Positions 42,304-53,315 are shown, counted from the first letter of the stretch. The stretch: 64,000 nucleotides of DNA from Corallochytrium limacisporum Hawaii (GCA_002811645.1 PDIP01000022.1:89375-153374); one strand, 5' to 3'. Notes: generated from the sequence alone by a model not told the origin. Numbers and translations: made by a program.

Positions 42304-42906
42304 ATGGCAGCAGTGCGTGCTGTACCAGTCTTTGAGCGGTACTACTACAGTTGTATGCACAGTGTCGACACGGAGGGCAAGCCCGAGGAAGATCTGTATC
42401 TGCGATACCACAACAATGGTCTAGTAATCCTAGGAATTGATCGCAGCCACTGGTTATACCAACAGAAGAATAGCATAGAGATCAAAACTGTCGACTTTGG
42501 TAACCGCTTGAATCAGCAGGCCAAGGGTAAATCGAAGAAAGGGTCAGTACTCTTGGCCAAAAACACTGTCGTAGGTCGCGTATTTCTGAAAGATGGCCGA
42601 GAAATTCAGATCCGTGCCGGCCTCAAAGCACAGCTGCTTGAGGTGAATGAGCGCCTGATCAAGGAACCGGAACTGTTGCTGCAGTACCCAGAGGAGGAAG
42701 GTTACCTTGCGGTGCTGTCGCTGCGAAAGGGACAGAGGCCGGAAAATGCTCCAGGACTGCTAAATGAACAAGCTTACTTGGACCATCTGAACAGCCGGAA
42801 GGGTAGAGCAGGTGGTGCAGGGGATGGTCTAGTGTCCACTGCAATAGAACACGATGAGGGAAGGAATCACGATAGTGATCCAAATAAAATGGAGCAAGAA
42901 ATCTAG
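42304..42906 (+). CDS. ABITRAM: ABITRAM/FAM206A (Simiate; glycine-cleavage-H-like fold)
   Basis: ERYY, HNNGLVILGIDRSH, NQQAKGKSKKG, LLEVNERLIKEPELL..PEEEGYLAV. Confidence 0.88.
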   Translation: MAAVRAVPVFERYYYSCMHSVDTEGKPEEDLYLRYHNNGLVILGIDRSHWLYQQKNSIEIKTVDFGNRLNQQAKGKSKKGSVLLAKNTVVGRVFLKDGREIQIRAGLKAQLLEVNERLIKEPELLLQYPEEEGYLAVLSLRKGQRPENAPGLLNEQAYLDHLNSRKGRAGGAGDGLVSTAIEHDEGRNHDSDPNKMEQEI

Positions 42907-43008
42907 AGGAAAAGTGAAGCAGAATACGGTTAGATCATAAGAATAAAGCTATATTGTAATCATCATTAGAGATAATGAAATAGGCAAAGTGTTAATATGG
43001 AGGATACT

Positions 43009-44889
43009 TCACTGAATAAAGAGGAAGTTGGGGGGTCCACTGTGGGCCTGCAGCTCTGCCATGGCGGTCTCCAAAGCGTGCTTCAACTCCCTGTACGTAA
43101 TGAAGACCACCGTCTGTTCGTCCCGGCTCATCATGCAGATGCGTTCACCATACCCAGTGTCGAGCTTGTTCAGGTGGTGTACAATGTGCGCCAGGTTTAG
43201 CACGACCTCACCCTTTTCGTTCTGTTCGTGGAAAACGAAGTCACGGAATAGCTTGAGCATGTAGCGATCGCCAGTCTCGGACCACTGGGGGTCCATGTTA
43301 TAGGCGCTGCGCTCCACCACCATGTTCAGCTTCACCAAGAGACGGAATAAGCGGCCGTTTTGCAATTCTTTGCTGAGATCAGATTCTAGAACGTCAACGT
43401 ACAGATTAGTACAATCCTGGAATGTGTAAAAGCGTGTGCCAATCAGCGGCATAATGTCTACAATGCTTTTGCGCATCGGTTCCGTGTCTTCGCCTTCCCC
43501 GCTGGAGCTCTCCAGGTCATAGAGGAGATAGCCCAGCAACCTCTGCATGTCCACGCTGAGGCGCTTCTCCAATTTACGAAGCGTTGTTTCCCAAGTATGA
43601 GGCTGGGACGCGGCAATCGATCCCGACGCCAGCTGTAGCAACAGCACACCAAGCGCTTGGTAGTCGGCCTGCTGACATTTTTGCAATACTCCAGGTTTTT
43701 GCAGAGCGTCATAATTCAAGAGGTCCACCACACCTACAGAACCAATTCGCAAGCGGTTCTTACCGGTGATCAACACCTTGCTACCATCTAGAACATGACA
43801 AGCCAGGCCCTGCGCATGGATCATCCGCAAGGCGGACGTGAGTTGGATCACGTACGACCACAGGATGCTTTCTGACACCATTTGGCTTGCACCGCTTCCT
43901 CCATAGCGGGGATCAAGGCCGTGGTGGGCCAGCACGTTGCGCGCCATGGGATGGTAGTCGTATACGAAACACACGCTAAAGTCACCGAAATCCCTTGTCG
44001 TGAAGCATTCCCGCAGATTGACGATGCCACTGTGGCTGAACCGACGCCATTTTTCAATGGCCTGCATACTGCGCTCCTTGAGCAAGCGGAAGTATTCAAT
44101 GCGCCGCACGCAGTACGTCAGACCATCTACATGGCTGAAAGCTTTGTATGTCGAAGTTGGGTAGCCAAATATACCATGCTGTCCACTGCCACCTTCTGGG
44201 ATCAGGCCGGAGCTGTTCAGTTGGTTCAGATGGCTGTGGATACCCGATGTGGACTGCTGACGCTTGATTGCGGGACTCAGGCTCAGACGCAGCAGAGTGT
44301 GGTAATTGTCTACATTCTGCGGCAGAATGTTTTTGCCACCATCATTGCCGCTCACTGTTGAGGTTGCGACGGTAGTAAGGTGCCGTTGTATCAACTCCTG
44401 GCGCAACTGCGGGCTCATGAAGAACGTCTGTGATGCCTTCTGAGTGTCTGGTGGTAGGTAGACATCCGGTTGAGGATAGAACATTTCAAACTCTGCTGGT
44501 TCAAGGCCAGTCTGCTGCAGTTGAGCAGTATTGCGAAGCTGGTGCTGAATCTGCGCTGCTGTGTTCATTCCTGGACCCGGCTGCCCAGGGTAACTGTAGC
44601 TTCCACCAAGGCTGCCAGTTGACTGTTGCTGCTGTGCATAGCCTTGTTGTCCGTACGATCCTGGTGACACTCGTCCTCGTGAGCTACCAGTGCTCTGTCC
44701 GAGGTTCAGTTGCTGCATGCCTTGCGAGATATCGGGCGTAGAGGAGCCCGACCCGTAACTGCCATTCTGGCCTCCCGAATGTGACTGCTGTTGTTGTTGA
44801 CCACTGACACCATGACGACCACCACCGCGACCTCGTCCGCGACTACCACGACCACCGCCCGGTGGCCGAAATGCTGGCCGACCCGACAT
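43009..44889 (-). CDS. PAN3: PAN2-PAN3 deadenylase subunit PAN3 (pseudokinase)
   Basis: FTTRDFGDFSVCFVYDYHP, KELQNGRLFRLLVKL, WSETGDRYMLKLFRDFVFH, LNKLD.G..E.I.MMSRDEQ. Confidence 0.97.
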   Translation of the reverse strand: MSGRPAFRPPGGGRGSRGRGRGGGRHGVSGQQQQQSHSGGQNGSYGSGSSTPDISQGMQQLNLGQSTGSSRGRVSPGSYGQQGYAQQQQSTGSLGGSYSYPGQPGPGMNTAAQIQHQLRNTAQLQQTGLEPAEFEMFYPQPDVYLPPDTQKASQTFFMSPQLRQELIQRHLTTVATSTVSGNDGGKNILPQNVDNYHTLLRLSLSPAIKRQQSTSGIHSHLNQLNSSGLIPEGGSGQHGIFGYPTSTYKAFSHVDGLTYCVRRIEYFRLLKERSMQAIEKWRRFSHSGIVNLRECFTTRDFGDFSVCFVYDYHPMARNVLAHHGLDPRYGGSGASQMVSESILWSYVIQLTSALRMIHAQGLACHVLDGSKVLITGKNRLRIGSVGVVDLLNYDALQKPGVLQKCQQADYQALGVLLLQLASGSIAASQPHTWETTLRKLEKRLSVDMQRLLGYLLYDLESSSGEGEDTEPMRKSIVDIMPLIGTRFYTFQDCTNLYVDVLESDLSKELQNGRLFRLLVKLNMVVERSAYNMDPQWSETGDRYMLKLFRDFVFHEQNEKGEVVLNLAHIVHHLNKLDTGYGERICMMSRDEQTVVFITYRELKHALETAMAELQAHSGPPNFLFIQ

Positions 44890-45440
44890 TTGACAAGTGC
44901 ACTAACCCCACTCAATTATGCGTCCAAAACTAGATGAAGAACCTGAATTAGAATCTAAAGAACGTGGCATGTAATCAACCACTTCCGAATTCAAATTTTG
45001 AGAAGAAGTTTAGTTAGATCGTGCCGTAAACAGGGGGCATCGTCAAACCAAGGCCACCGATTGTGGCCAGTTTCCTTCGTGCACCTACACGTAAACTATG
45101 TGACCTTGCAATTTCAATGTGTACCTGCTATACAGACTTGACTCATCCTAAGATCGCGGCATCTTCAAATAGGACAGGACTCTGAATTACTACATTGGTC
45201 AATCAGCAGACAACCCACACAGCAGTGCTTTATCTCGTTCTCGGCACCGAATGGCAGCCAAAACAAGGAGGCCCGCAGTCGCAGAAAGAAAAGGGGCTTC
45301 CTCCACACAAAGCCCCTCGGTTTGCATTCCGAAAGGGTAGAGAAGGACCCGGGGGTGGGGCGGGGAGAGGGGACGCAAGCTTTTGTTTTCGGATGCGTTC
45401 GGACCGCACCGGGGCCCCCCTTCCTCGTCTCTCTCTCTCT

Positions 45441-45459
45441 CCCCCCCCCCCGGGGGGGG
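45441..45459. promoter_or_regulatory. (CT)n-C11G8 tract in the divergent PAN3/orphan intergenic region
   Basis: Member of the recurrent C-run/G-run element. Confidence 0.45.
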
Positions 45460-45766
45460 CCGTCGGTCCCGGCGTCGTTCGCTCTGAAATCTCCCCTCCT
45501 CCGATTCACCCCACTCGGACGGTGCAGGTGGGTGTGCGTGGCCCCCGAGTTCCGTGGTGTCGGTCTGCCCTCCCGGCGAAGTTCGCAAGGCTTGTACGCG
45601 GAGAGAAATACCACCTGCTATTTGAGGAATTTCGGGTAGTTGGAGATGCTACACCTTAGATTGAAAGCATGGAAGCACATTTGAGACAAGGTCTTGTGCG
45701 ATCGATGCGATGGGGTGTATTACATGAGAACTGGATGAAACAGACGTACCACATGCGCTAGCAACC

Positions 45767-46912
45767 ATGTCGGGGCGTGCGATGAAAATTATTATGCAGA
45801 CCGGAAAGCGGTTGAAAAAGGACCAAATCTTACAGGGACAGGCCAACAAGCAGCCAAGGTTTGGTGCAGATTTACCCCTGAAGTTTGTGAGTGCGTTATG
45901 TATCGGTGACCTTCGAGACCCATGGACGTACCTCGGAAAGCTAAGACTAGAAAAAGCTGCGCAACTAATGTCTGAAGGAACAGATGCGTTGCCAAACTAT
46001 CGAGGGATTCAAGTAGGGATCCAGTACCTTCCGACAGAGATCTTTGAAGGAGTTCGCCATCAGCCAAAGACTGTGGAGTCTCCTTCGTCATCCATGGCCG
46101 ATCACTCAAACGAGCAGAACCAACGGGAAGGGCAGCCGGATCCCGGAGAGTCATCATCGACACAAACAAACTCGGGCCCACCTTTAACTGAAAGCGTCTC
46201 AGATCACTTCAATGCAGTGCTACGCGGAAATGGACCGGTAGCAATCAAAGCAATCGAGAAAGCAGCCAACGACTTGGGAGTGCAGGTGCGGGACATGTAC
46301 GGCCCTCTCCCGCCATCGGAGGACCTGAACAAAGCCTACGGATGTATTGAGTACACACGTCGATCAGCAGGGCACCTGCACCTACTCTTTTTTAGTCATT
46401 TGCTCAAACTCTATCATGATGGAGACGCCTCCCTCGCTGATGAAATGGCGCTGAGAGAGGCACTGAAGCGAGCGGAAGCAGAGGCTAAGGTTGAGAAGTT
46501 TGTGCATCAGGGACAACTTTGGCAGAGGCCGAATGTTGACCCAGCAGAAATGCTCGCATGGATTGATGTACCTGAGAATTGCAAGTGGATTCAGACTGTC
46601 ATTAGCGAGCACCAACGACACTTCCCTGCGTCTCCCTATATTTCATTTGGCAACTCAAGCCTGTCAATCCTTGGCGTGCATGGAGTTGACCGCATGGCGA
46701 CGCTGATTGCCACGCTAGCAGACGGTGACCACACCACTTTCGACCCATGGTACATGCAGGGCATCCGAGAGGAGGATGGATACCTGCCAGAGGAATTGCA
46801 GGACCACGACTGGCAGGAGTTCTTGACGGACTTGCAGAAGGAGACGCCAGAAGAAACTGAGCAGGAGATTGCACGGCTGCGAAAGGAGCATGATGCGCTC
46901 CATAACTCATAA
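45767..46912 (+). CDS. Hypothetical protein (orphan; true start may be MADHSNEQ near 46093)
   Basis: 381-aa ORF filling the space between PAN3 and PPP2R3C; helical, acidic C-terminus; no family recognised. Confidence 0.65.
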   Translation: MSGRAMKIIMQTGKRLKKDQILQGQANKQPRFGADLPLKFVSALCIGDLRDPWTYLGKLRLEKAAQLMSEGTDALPNYRGIQVGIQYLPTEIFEGVRHQPKTVESPSSSMADHSNEQNQREGQPDPGESSSTQTNSGPPLTESVSDHFNAVLRGNGPVAIKAIEKAANDLGVQVRDMYGPLPPSEDLNKAYGCIEYTRRSAGHLHLLFFSHLLKLYHDGDASLADEMALREALKRAEAEAKVEKFVHQGQLWQRPNVDPAEMLAWIDVPENCKWIQTVISEHQRHFPASPYISFGNSSLSILGVHGVDRMATLIATLADGDHTTFDPWYMQGIREEDGYLPEELQDHDWQEFLTDLQKETPEETEQEIARLRKEHDALHNS

Positions 46913-46960
46913 GGGAAAATGATTACTACATTAAAGAATTCTATATACGAAGAGATCAAA

Positions 46961-48538
46961 CTATCTTGCATTCTCACCATTAGCGGCAGCCTCTACCCCC
47001 TGGTCTCGCTCGTTTGGGTCCAACGTGGTGGTCTCTTCTGCGACCGTACCCTCGTCGTACCCAACAGTACCTTCATCAGGCGCCCCTCCGTCGTGAATGT
47101 TGACAATGTTGCCATCATCATCCAACAAGACCTCCTCCTCTTCCAATCCTTCCATCTCCTGGCCGACTTTTTGAGCAATGAACTCCCGGTTGTCATAGGT
47201 CCAGAAGCCGTTGACATCAATTAGCATATTCAAAATCACATCACCAGCCTGGGAATGAATCAGGTCTTTTAGAGTAATTTGGTACGGGTCTTTAGGCCTC
47301 ACCATATCAAAAATTTCGTCCTTGACATCTTCAAAGTTAACGTCCTCTTGGCCCATTTCCTGCAGCATGCGCCGAATATCGCTGAAAAAGTACAAGAACG
47401 AATGAACTGTCAGTGGTTTGCTGCCGTTACCCCGAATGTCAAGCACGCGGTAGAAGTACGCAAGAGCCTGTGGCGTCTTCCGGTTCTCCATTGCCAAAAC
47501 AAAATCTAGATAACTGCGGTAGTCCATTTCGCCATTGTACGTTAGGCATACTTCGAAGAGGCGATTGATGAAGGTCTGTGTGAGTGTACCATCGCCGTAG
47601 TGACTGAGTTCGGAAGCACTGAGCATGCCGTTCTGGTCCTGGTCGAGTGCAAGGTACTGGCCATAGACACGGAACGCGCTCATGGCCGTGAACCAGTTAG
47701 TGTTCTCCATATCTGGCGGCAGATCCTCGTCTCTCAATTCAAATAGTTCACTGAGCATGGTGGAGGTCAACAAGTCCCGGATCTTGATGTGGCCCAGTCG
47801 CATGGGGTCGAGGAAAAAGATGAACTTTCGCACTGCAGTACACACATAGTAGCTCACAAAACTTTCGTCCAATGTGTTTAAGCGAGGCAGCATCTCGACC
47901 AGACTGTAAATGTAAGATTCCAGATCCTGTTCTGTCAGGTAGCCATCTCCTGAAGAGTCAAATTGGGTAAGGTCAATGCGCGTCTTAATCAGCGACGACC
48001 TACGCATGCAGTAATTAAAGAATTGCACCACACTGCAAGCGTCGTGATCGTTCTTCGGAAGTTTCACAAAGACCTGCGGCTTGAAGAATGGTGCAAATTT
48101 TTCTTTGTCATCAAGCGCTTCGTACACTTTGAGCCAGTTTTTATAGGTTATGTGTTCGGATCCCATCTGTGTCGCTCCTCCTGTCGCCCGTTCGCAAAAT
48201 TGGTAGAGAGTGCTCCAGAGCTTCTCAAAGTCTGCATTCTGAAGTACATGTACAGCGTGATGCTGCACGGCACTTTCGATACTGGCCCGGTGTAGGCTCT
48301 GGAGTAAAGTGTTCTGTTTCCGGCGTTCCTTAGGTCGGTGGAAGGAAGGAATCAGTTTCGGTGGTGTATGAGCCTTGTTGATCCCACACTGCTCTGCTAG
48401 TCTATCATACGATTCTGCGATGCTGGCTGATCTGGACGCATTCTTGGGGATGTGCTCATTGACATAATCCACTAAATTAAGATCCACTGGCCGTTCCGCC
48501 ACAGGTCGTAATAAGTCTACCCACGTCCCCACGGGCAT
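46961..48538 (-). CDS. PPP2R3C: PP2A regulatory subunit B'' gamma
   Basis: YVCTAVRKFIFFLDP, TNWF.A.SA.RVYGQYL.LD.D.NGMLS, EMDY..YLDFVLAMENRK, DVKDEIFDMV.PKDP, IDVNGFWTYDNRE closely match recalled human PPP2R3C. Confidence 0.96.
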   Translation of the reverse strand: MPVGTWVDLLRPVAERPVDLNLVDYVNEHIPKNASRSASIAESYDRLAEQCGINKAHTPPKLIPSFHRPKERRKQNTLLQSLHRASIESAVQHHAVHVLQNADFEKLWSTLYQFCERATGGATQMGSEHITYKNWLKVYEALDDKEKFAPFFKPQVFVKLPKNDHDACSVVQFFNYCMRRSSLIKTRIDLTQFDSSGDGYLTEQDLESYIYSLVEMLPRLNTLDESFVSYYVCTAVRKFIFFLDPMRLGHIKIRDLLTSTMLSELFELRDEDLPPDMENTNWFTAMSAFRVYGQYLALDQDQNGMLSASELSHYGDGTLTQTFINRLFEVCLTYNGEMDYRSYLDFVLAMENRKTPQALAYFYRVLDIRGNGSKPLTVHSFLYFFSDIRRMLQEMGQEDVNFEDVKDEIFDMVRPKDPYQITLKDLIHSQAGDVILNMLIDVNGFWTYDNREFIAQKVGQEMEGLEEEEVLLDDDGNIVNIHDGGAPDEGTVGYDEGTVAEETTTLDPNERDQGVEAAANGENAR

Positions 48539-48966
48539 TGTCGAATAGGATCTTGGCTGTAACTCTTCAGATATTCTTCTTGTTTACATCTTGGTCCGTG
48601 GTTCACATTCTCACTAATTTCAAGGTATGAATGTGACCTTTGTAGAAACTCTATTAAATACCGGGCTTAAGTAAGTGCGCTGCTGGGTGTGGAGTCGAAT
48701 GGACCTTCGCAGCAACAACTGATGGAAGCGCTCACCCCAATAGCAATTCCCCTAAACGAGCCGGTTGGCGCCAAACTTTCTTTCCAGGGAGCCAAAAATG
48801 GACCCCTATTATACTGGGAGTCTAATTTTGAATTCGTTCCGGGTTTCTTCCGGCAATGGTAACAGATGGCCAGAGTGGGAGGGCAGTGCGGACGGAGCAA
48901 GCACCAATTGTGGCTGAACGAGGAGACATCAGGTGTATACGGATGGTACTCATTTAATATTTTGAG

Positions 48967-51900
48967 TTATGACAAATGTCGCACCGCTCTCAAAAGCTGT
49001 GAATCGCGAAGATCCCAATTGAGGAAGAGAATATCCACAGCGTTATACTCATCCACAAAGGTACTCAACAACGACTGGGGCAGGCGGAAGCGCCGCAGGA
49101 AACCGGGTACATTACTCGCACGGCGGTAGAAGCAAAGTAGTGAAATGGTAGCAGGAGTCGGAGGGTTGACAATCAACGGCGCGGTTCGCTCCAGGAAGCT
49201 GCTGAACATTTCTGCCAAAGCGGAGAACCCGGGGGCCTCTTCCATGCCATCGTCGTTGTCTTCGCTAGTGTCATCAGCGTTGTGGATCGTATTGCCATCT
49301 TCGGATGCGTCGTGCATGTGTTTGTGAGGCATCCATCCTTCCCCGGTCATGTAAATGTAGACTGTGTGCAAGACAAGACCCGCAAAGGCATCTGCAAGGG
49401 CGTTCTTCGACAGGTTGGCCCCGCTCTGCATGAGGGCTCCTTCGTACTCCTCTACGACCGCCTTAACGGCGTCAAGACCGAGACTCGCAATCATTGTACC
49501 CGCGAGAGTAAGAGTGTCAAGCTCCCGCGCGTGGTTCACAGGCGCGTAGTCCGGTGCAAAGAGCAGGACGCCGGTGCTTAGTGGCATGCCTCCCGACTGC
49601 TGTTGGACCTGAGCAGCCTGTTGGCCAGGTCCACCCTCAGCACCTTCCTTGTCAATGATTGTCCGTGTCAGACACCGCGCGACGTCTGCAGATGGCAGGG
49701 CCTCCCACAGGGACTGGACAGCTTCCCAATGCTCCCAGCAGCACTCTTCACGGCGCCGGATGCGGTCGAACCAGCCAGCGAGCGCGCCGGGAGAATGGCC
49801 CGGCTCAGGTCGCTCCGGATGGCAGAGAAGATCAAGTGCAGCAAATCCGCTTGGGAACCAGCATGACTGTAACACACTGTCTAATTCGCGAGCATAAACT
49901 TGTTGCTGCTGGCGCTGTGCTTCAAAGGACTGTGCCGTCGAACCGCCGTGGTAGGCTGGATTAGCAGCAGCGAGCAGAACGTCCGGCAGAGTGACCTTGA
50001 AGACAGCATCGCCGCGGTAGAGTTCGAGCGTGATGCTGTGCCACACAGATTCACACACAAAATGAGCACCAACCACGTTCTTCACAGGCAGATCCTCCGG
50101 CATTGGCATTGATAGAGTACACAGCACCAGACCTAGGCCCAACGGAAAGGATACTGATGCTTGTCGAATGGTTGCACCCATGTCGTCCGCATGGCTGTCC
50201 GCAGCATTTGGCGCAGCCGGTTCAAGATCGACGAGCCAACGACGGCTGATCTGTGACCATCCGTGACTGGACTGGCCAGTTGCAGAGTCACTGTCATTTA
50301 CCATCTGCTCCATGAGGACCAGACCTAAATACGGGAGCCTCGTCAACAACTCAAGTAAGCGGCGATAGATTGCGGGCAGCGGTGCCGTGTCGAACTCGAG
50401 GCTCTCAACAGCGGCCATGCCATCCTTGGCCTGAATCGCGTTACCTAAAGCAACGGCAGTTTTGTTTACGCGGTGCAGATCCGTAAGTAAAGTGGCATAC
50501 GCTTTGGGTTGATCCAGAGTTCCAATACTGTCGGTATCACCAACCAGATAGTTGACTAGTTCAGTGCGCTCAGACTCCGGCTCATCTGCCACCTCGACAC
50601 CAAGTTCCTTCAAGAGTTCAAGCCCTGTGGTGGCACAGCCTTGGTTCTTCAATGAAGCACCAATAGTGCCACTTAGTGCGGAGACATCCACATGCGGATG
50701 CGGACCATGATCGCCGGCGACGGAAAGGGCACTCCGGTGGACGGCAAAGACAATATCGAGAATTTCCACAGCGGAATCACCGGTCCCTGAGTTGAGGCAG
50801 AAGCGACCAAGATGTTTCATGGAAGACAGCAAGGACGACAAACGACCGGCCCATAGGACGCCTTCGAGCACGGTTGCATCCAATAGAGACTCCAAATACG
50901 CTACTTTAAGCCGTTCGTCCACACCCACCACTGCGGTGATGGATGCAAAGTCCCCGCTGGTGTCACCGAGTCGGGACAGGGTCGCCAAGCTGCGCACAAT
51001 TGCATCCACACCCGCGGATCTGTGGTCCTTAACCACAGACCGCATGGCTCCCAAGGCCGATACTCGATCGTCTCCAAGGAATGACAATACCTTGTCCTTG
51101 GCACTTGTGATATCGTCACCCTTCTGAGCAGTGACCACCAGGGCGACGAGAGCTGTGTGGAGGCCCTGCTCACCGCTGTCATCCACAGCCATTGTGTCCT
51201 CATCCTCACCTGCCCCCTTGGTAGCTCCAACAAACTGACGGTTCATGGCTTTCTGCACGTATTCGATGGCTGTGTCAACCTTTTCTTCGCCATCTGGTCC
51301 ACCAAGACGGGCAGGAAGAGTACGGCAGTGCACCAATCGAGACAGAGTTCGCAAAGCACGGTCGATTGCCTCCTTCAAATGAATCCGTGCCGCTTTGCCT
51401 ACCTCGGAGTCGTCAAAGCCATTGTACCATTCCTGAATTATGAAGATTAGCCGTGACTGCGCGTAGTGCATAAGGCGCTCGTATGCAGCGGCAGCGTTGC
51501 GACGGACAGGAGCAGGAATCATACCATCGGGGGCAGTTGCTCCAGAATACACTACCTGTGCAGCTCCAAGGATGGTGTGGTACATAGCATACACCAAGGT
51601 CTCACTGCCCATACCCGCCAAGCGACCAATCGAATGCAACTGACGACTGATCTGTCCTGGGCCTCCCCTGACACTCAAAGGTCCGTGGAAATCGAGCAGA
51701 ATGAGGGCTGCAATAGCGGGAGTGGCATCGTGTGAGAGGATTGTATCATCATGGTGAGCGTGATGATGATGATGTTGGTGCTTAATACCGTGTGATGCTG
51801 TGTGATCCGCTGCCGATGTCGGCACGGCAATGGGCAGGGACAGCTGGCTTCGGTCATCAAAACGACGACCCAAAATGCGGTAGGCCAAGGTGCCAAACTC

Positions 51901-52899
51901 CATGGTCTTATCCCCAATGCCACTCAACATATCCTTGTCTTCTCGCTTACGCTGCCATTTTGCAGCTTCTGAAAACACGTTGTTCAGTTCTGTATCCAGT
52001 TTCGGGTCTTTGCTCACTACAATTCTCAGCAACGCACACAACTGGTCATTGATGCTCAAATGCATAAGAAGCTGTCTGACATACTGCAGATGCAGACCTG
52101 TTTGGTTGTCTGTGGCCATGAGGTCGAGCATGAGTGCCGCAGTGTCCCCATTCGCTTTTTCGTCTCCCGCCTTCATTGCGGACACCGCCCAGGAAAGCAA
52201 CAATACCAACGTTTCCACCACGGCCCTGCCAACAGAAAGCACGCACGAGATATCGTCATTCAGAACTTCACCATCGTCTTCCTTCTTAAGAGAAGTGAAG
52301 CGTAACGCTGGCATGCGATAGGACGCAATCTGTGCCTGGAAAATTTGCATGAACGGCTTCAGACTTGCGCTAATTGCTCCTTCTTCGTCGGTACTGTCGG
52401 TATCAAAGAGTCCCGACTGCCCAACATTGTGCAATGCCCTCAGAATCACGTGTGTTCCCAATAACTGTGTATCCAAAAGTGCAATCAAGTAGTCAAATAA
52501 CACCGGTGACGGCTCACTATCCCGCGACAACACAAGCTGCAGCAAGTCTTCAAGTGCAAGCTGTAGGGTGGGCTCGTCAAAGTGAAACTTATTTGCCTCG
52601 CCATTGGTCCGAGTGTCCATACCATTATCTACGCCATTATAGTGCCGAAAGCGTCCCGTACTTTCTGTGCCATTGGTTGTGCCCGTTTCTTTCGTGCAGT
52701 ACCGATTCAGTACATACTCCACTGATTCGACAAAGACCTGTGAATCCCTCTGTGACCGCCAGCACCCAAGGGCCAGTCGCCTCAGTACCTTTGCACTGGC
52801 ATCTGTGGTACCGTCCAAATCTGCACCCGTCAATGACTTTCGCACCAGCACGGCGGCGTCAGGTCCTTCGTCATTGACCGAAAGTTTACGCTTCACCAT
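48967..52899 (-). CDS. MED24: Mediator tail subunit MED24 (Med5/Med33 family)-like
   Basis: N-terminal LRRLALGCWRSQ...LALEDLLQLVLS..EPSPVLFDYLIALLDTQLL...ILRAL resembles MED24 LKQAILQAWKER...LADALLEQAMIGPSPNPLILSYLKYAISSQMV. C-terminal LPQSLLSTF...ILFLNWDL resembles MED24 MPFTTVSEL...VLAITDL. First ATG at 52899. Confidence 0.68.
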   Translation of the reverse strand: MVKRKLSVNDEGPDAAVLVRKSLTGADLDGTTDASAKVLRRLALGCWRSQRDSQVFVESVEYVLNRYCTKETGTTNGTESTGRFRHYNGVDNGMDTRTNGEANKFHFDEPTLQLALEDLLQLVLSRDSEPSPVLFDYLIALLDTQLLGTHVILRALHNVGQSGLFDTDSTDEEGAISASLKPFMQIFQAQIASYRMPALRFTSLKKEDDGEVLNDDISCVLSVGRAVVETLVLLLSWAVSAMKAGDEKANGDTAALMLDLMATDNQTGLHLQYVRQLLMHLSINDQLCALLRIVVSKDPKLDTELNNVFSEAAKWQRKREDKDMLSGIGDKTMEFGTLAYRILGRRFDDRSQLSLPIAVPTSAADHTASHGIKHQHHHHHAHHDDTILSHDATPAIAALILLDFHGPLSVRGGPGQISRQLHSIGRLAGMGSETLVYAMYHTILGAAQVVYSGATAPDGMIPAPVRRNAAAAYERLMHYAQSRLIFIIQEWYNGFDDSEVGKAARIHLKEAIDRALRTLSRLVHCRTLPARLGGPDGEEKVDTAIEYVQKAMNRQFVGATKGAGEDEDTMAVDDSGEQGLHTALVALVVTAQKGDDITSAKDKVLSFLGDDRVSALGAMRSVVKDHRSAGVDAIVRSLATLSRLGDTSGDFASITAVVGVDERLKVAYLESLLDATVLEGVLWAGRLSSLLSSMKHLGRFCLNSGTGDSAVEILDIVFAVHRSALSVAGDHGPHPHVDVSALSGTIGASLKNQGCATTGLELLKELGVEVADEPESERTELVNYLVGDTDSIGTLDQPKAYATLLTDLHRVNKTAVALGNAIQAKDGMAAVESLEFDTAPLPAIYRRLLELLTRLPYLGLVLMEQMVNDSDSATGQSSHGWSQISRRWLVDLEPAAPNAADSHADDMGATIRQASVSFPLGLGLVLCTLSMPMPEDLPVKNVVGAHFVCESVWHSITLELYRGDAVFKVTLPDVLLAAANPAYHGGSTAQSFEAQRQQQQVYARELDSVLQSCWFPSGFAALDLLCHPERPEPGHSPGALAGWFDRIRRREECCWEHWEAVQSLWEALPSADVARCLTRTIIDKEGAEGGPGQQAAQVQQQSGGMPLSTGVLLFAPDYAPVNHARELDTLTLAGTMIASLGLDAVKAVVEEYEGALMQSGANLSKNALADAFAGLVLHTVYIYMTGEGWMPHKHMHDASEDGNTIHNADDTSEDNDDGMEEAPGFSALAEMFSSFLERTAPLIVNPPTPATISLLCFYRRASNVPGFLRRFRLPQSLLSTFVDEYNAVDILFLNWDLRDSQLLRAVRHLS

Positions 52900-53315
52900 G
52901 TTTTCTTTCGTTCCTAATATGCTTGCCACTGTTGTTGCACTTCTTTATGTAATTGGGTTCCCCTTCATACTTCACCTGAAAAGTGAACAACTTCCCGGAT
53001 TAGAACTATTTAGAAAATATTTACGTTAAAATCGGGGTTGGTGTTTTAGATATTTTCCATTCTCATCCTCTGTCGATCCTCAAATACCCTCGCAATGAGA
53101 CCCCGCAACAACAATAAAAGATGCTGCCCGCCTCAAAGAAAATCGATAGGAAGGGTGGGGAGGCCGGCACAAAGCCCCCCGGGCAAACTTCCCCCTCTTT
53201 TTCTCGAACCAGGCGGCGCGCAGTACTGGGGAAACAGCCACCTGCCCGCGTTGTTAACTTTCCCCCTTTGCCAGGGGCCCCTTTTGCCCTTGGGGCCGGG
53301 TTGAAGGGGAGAGGT

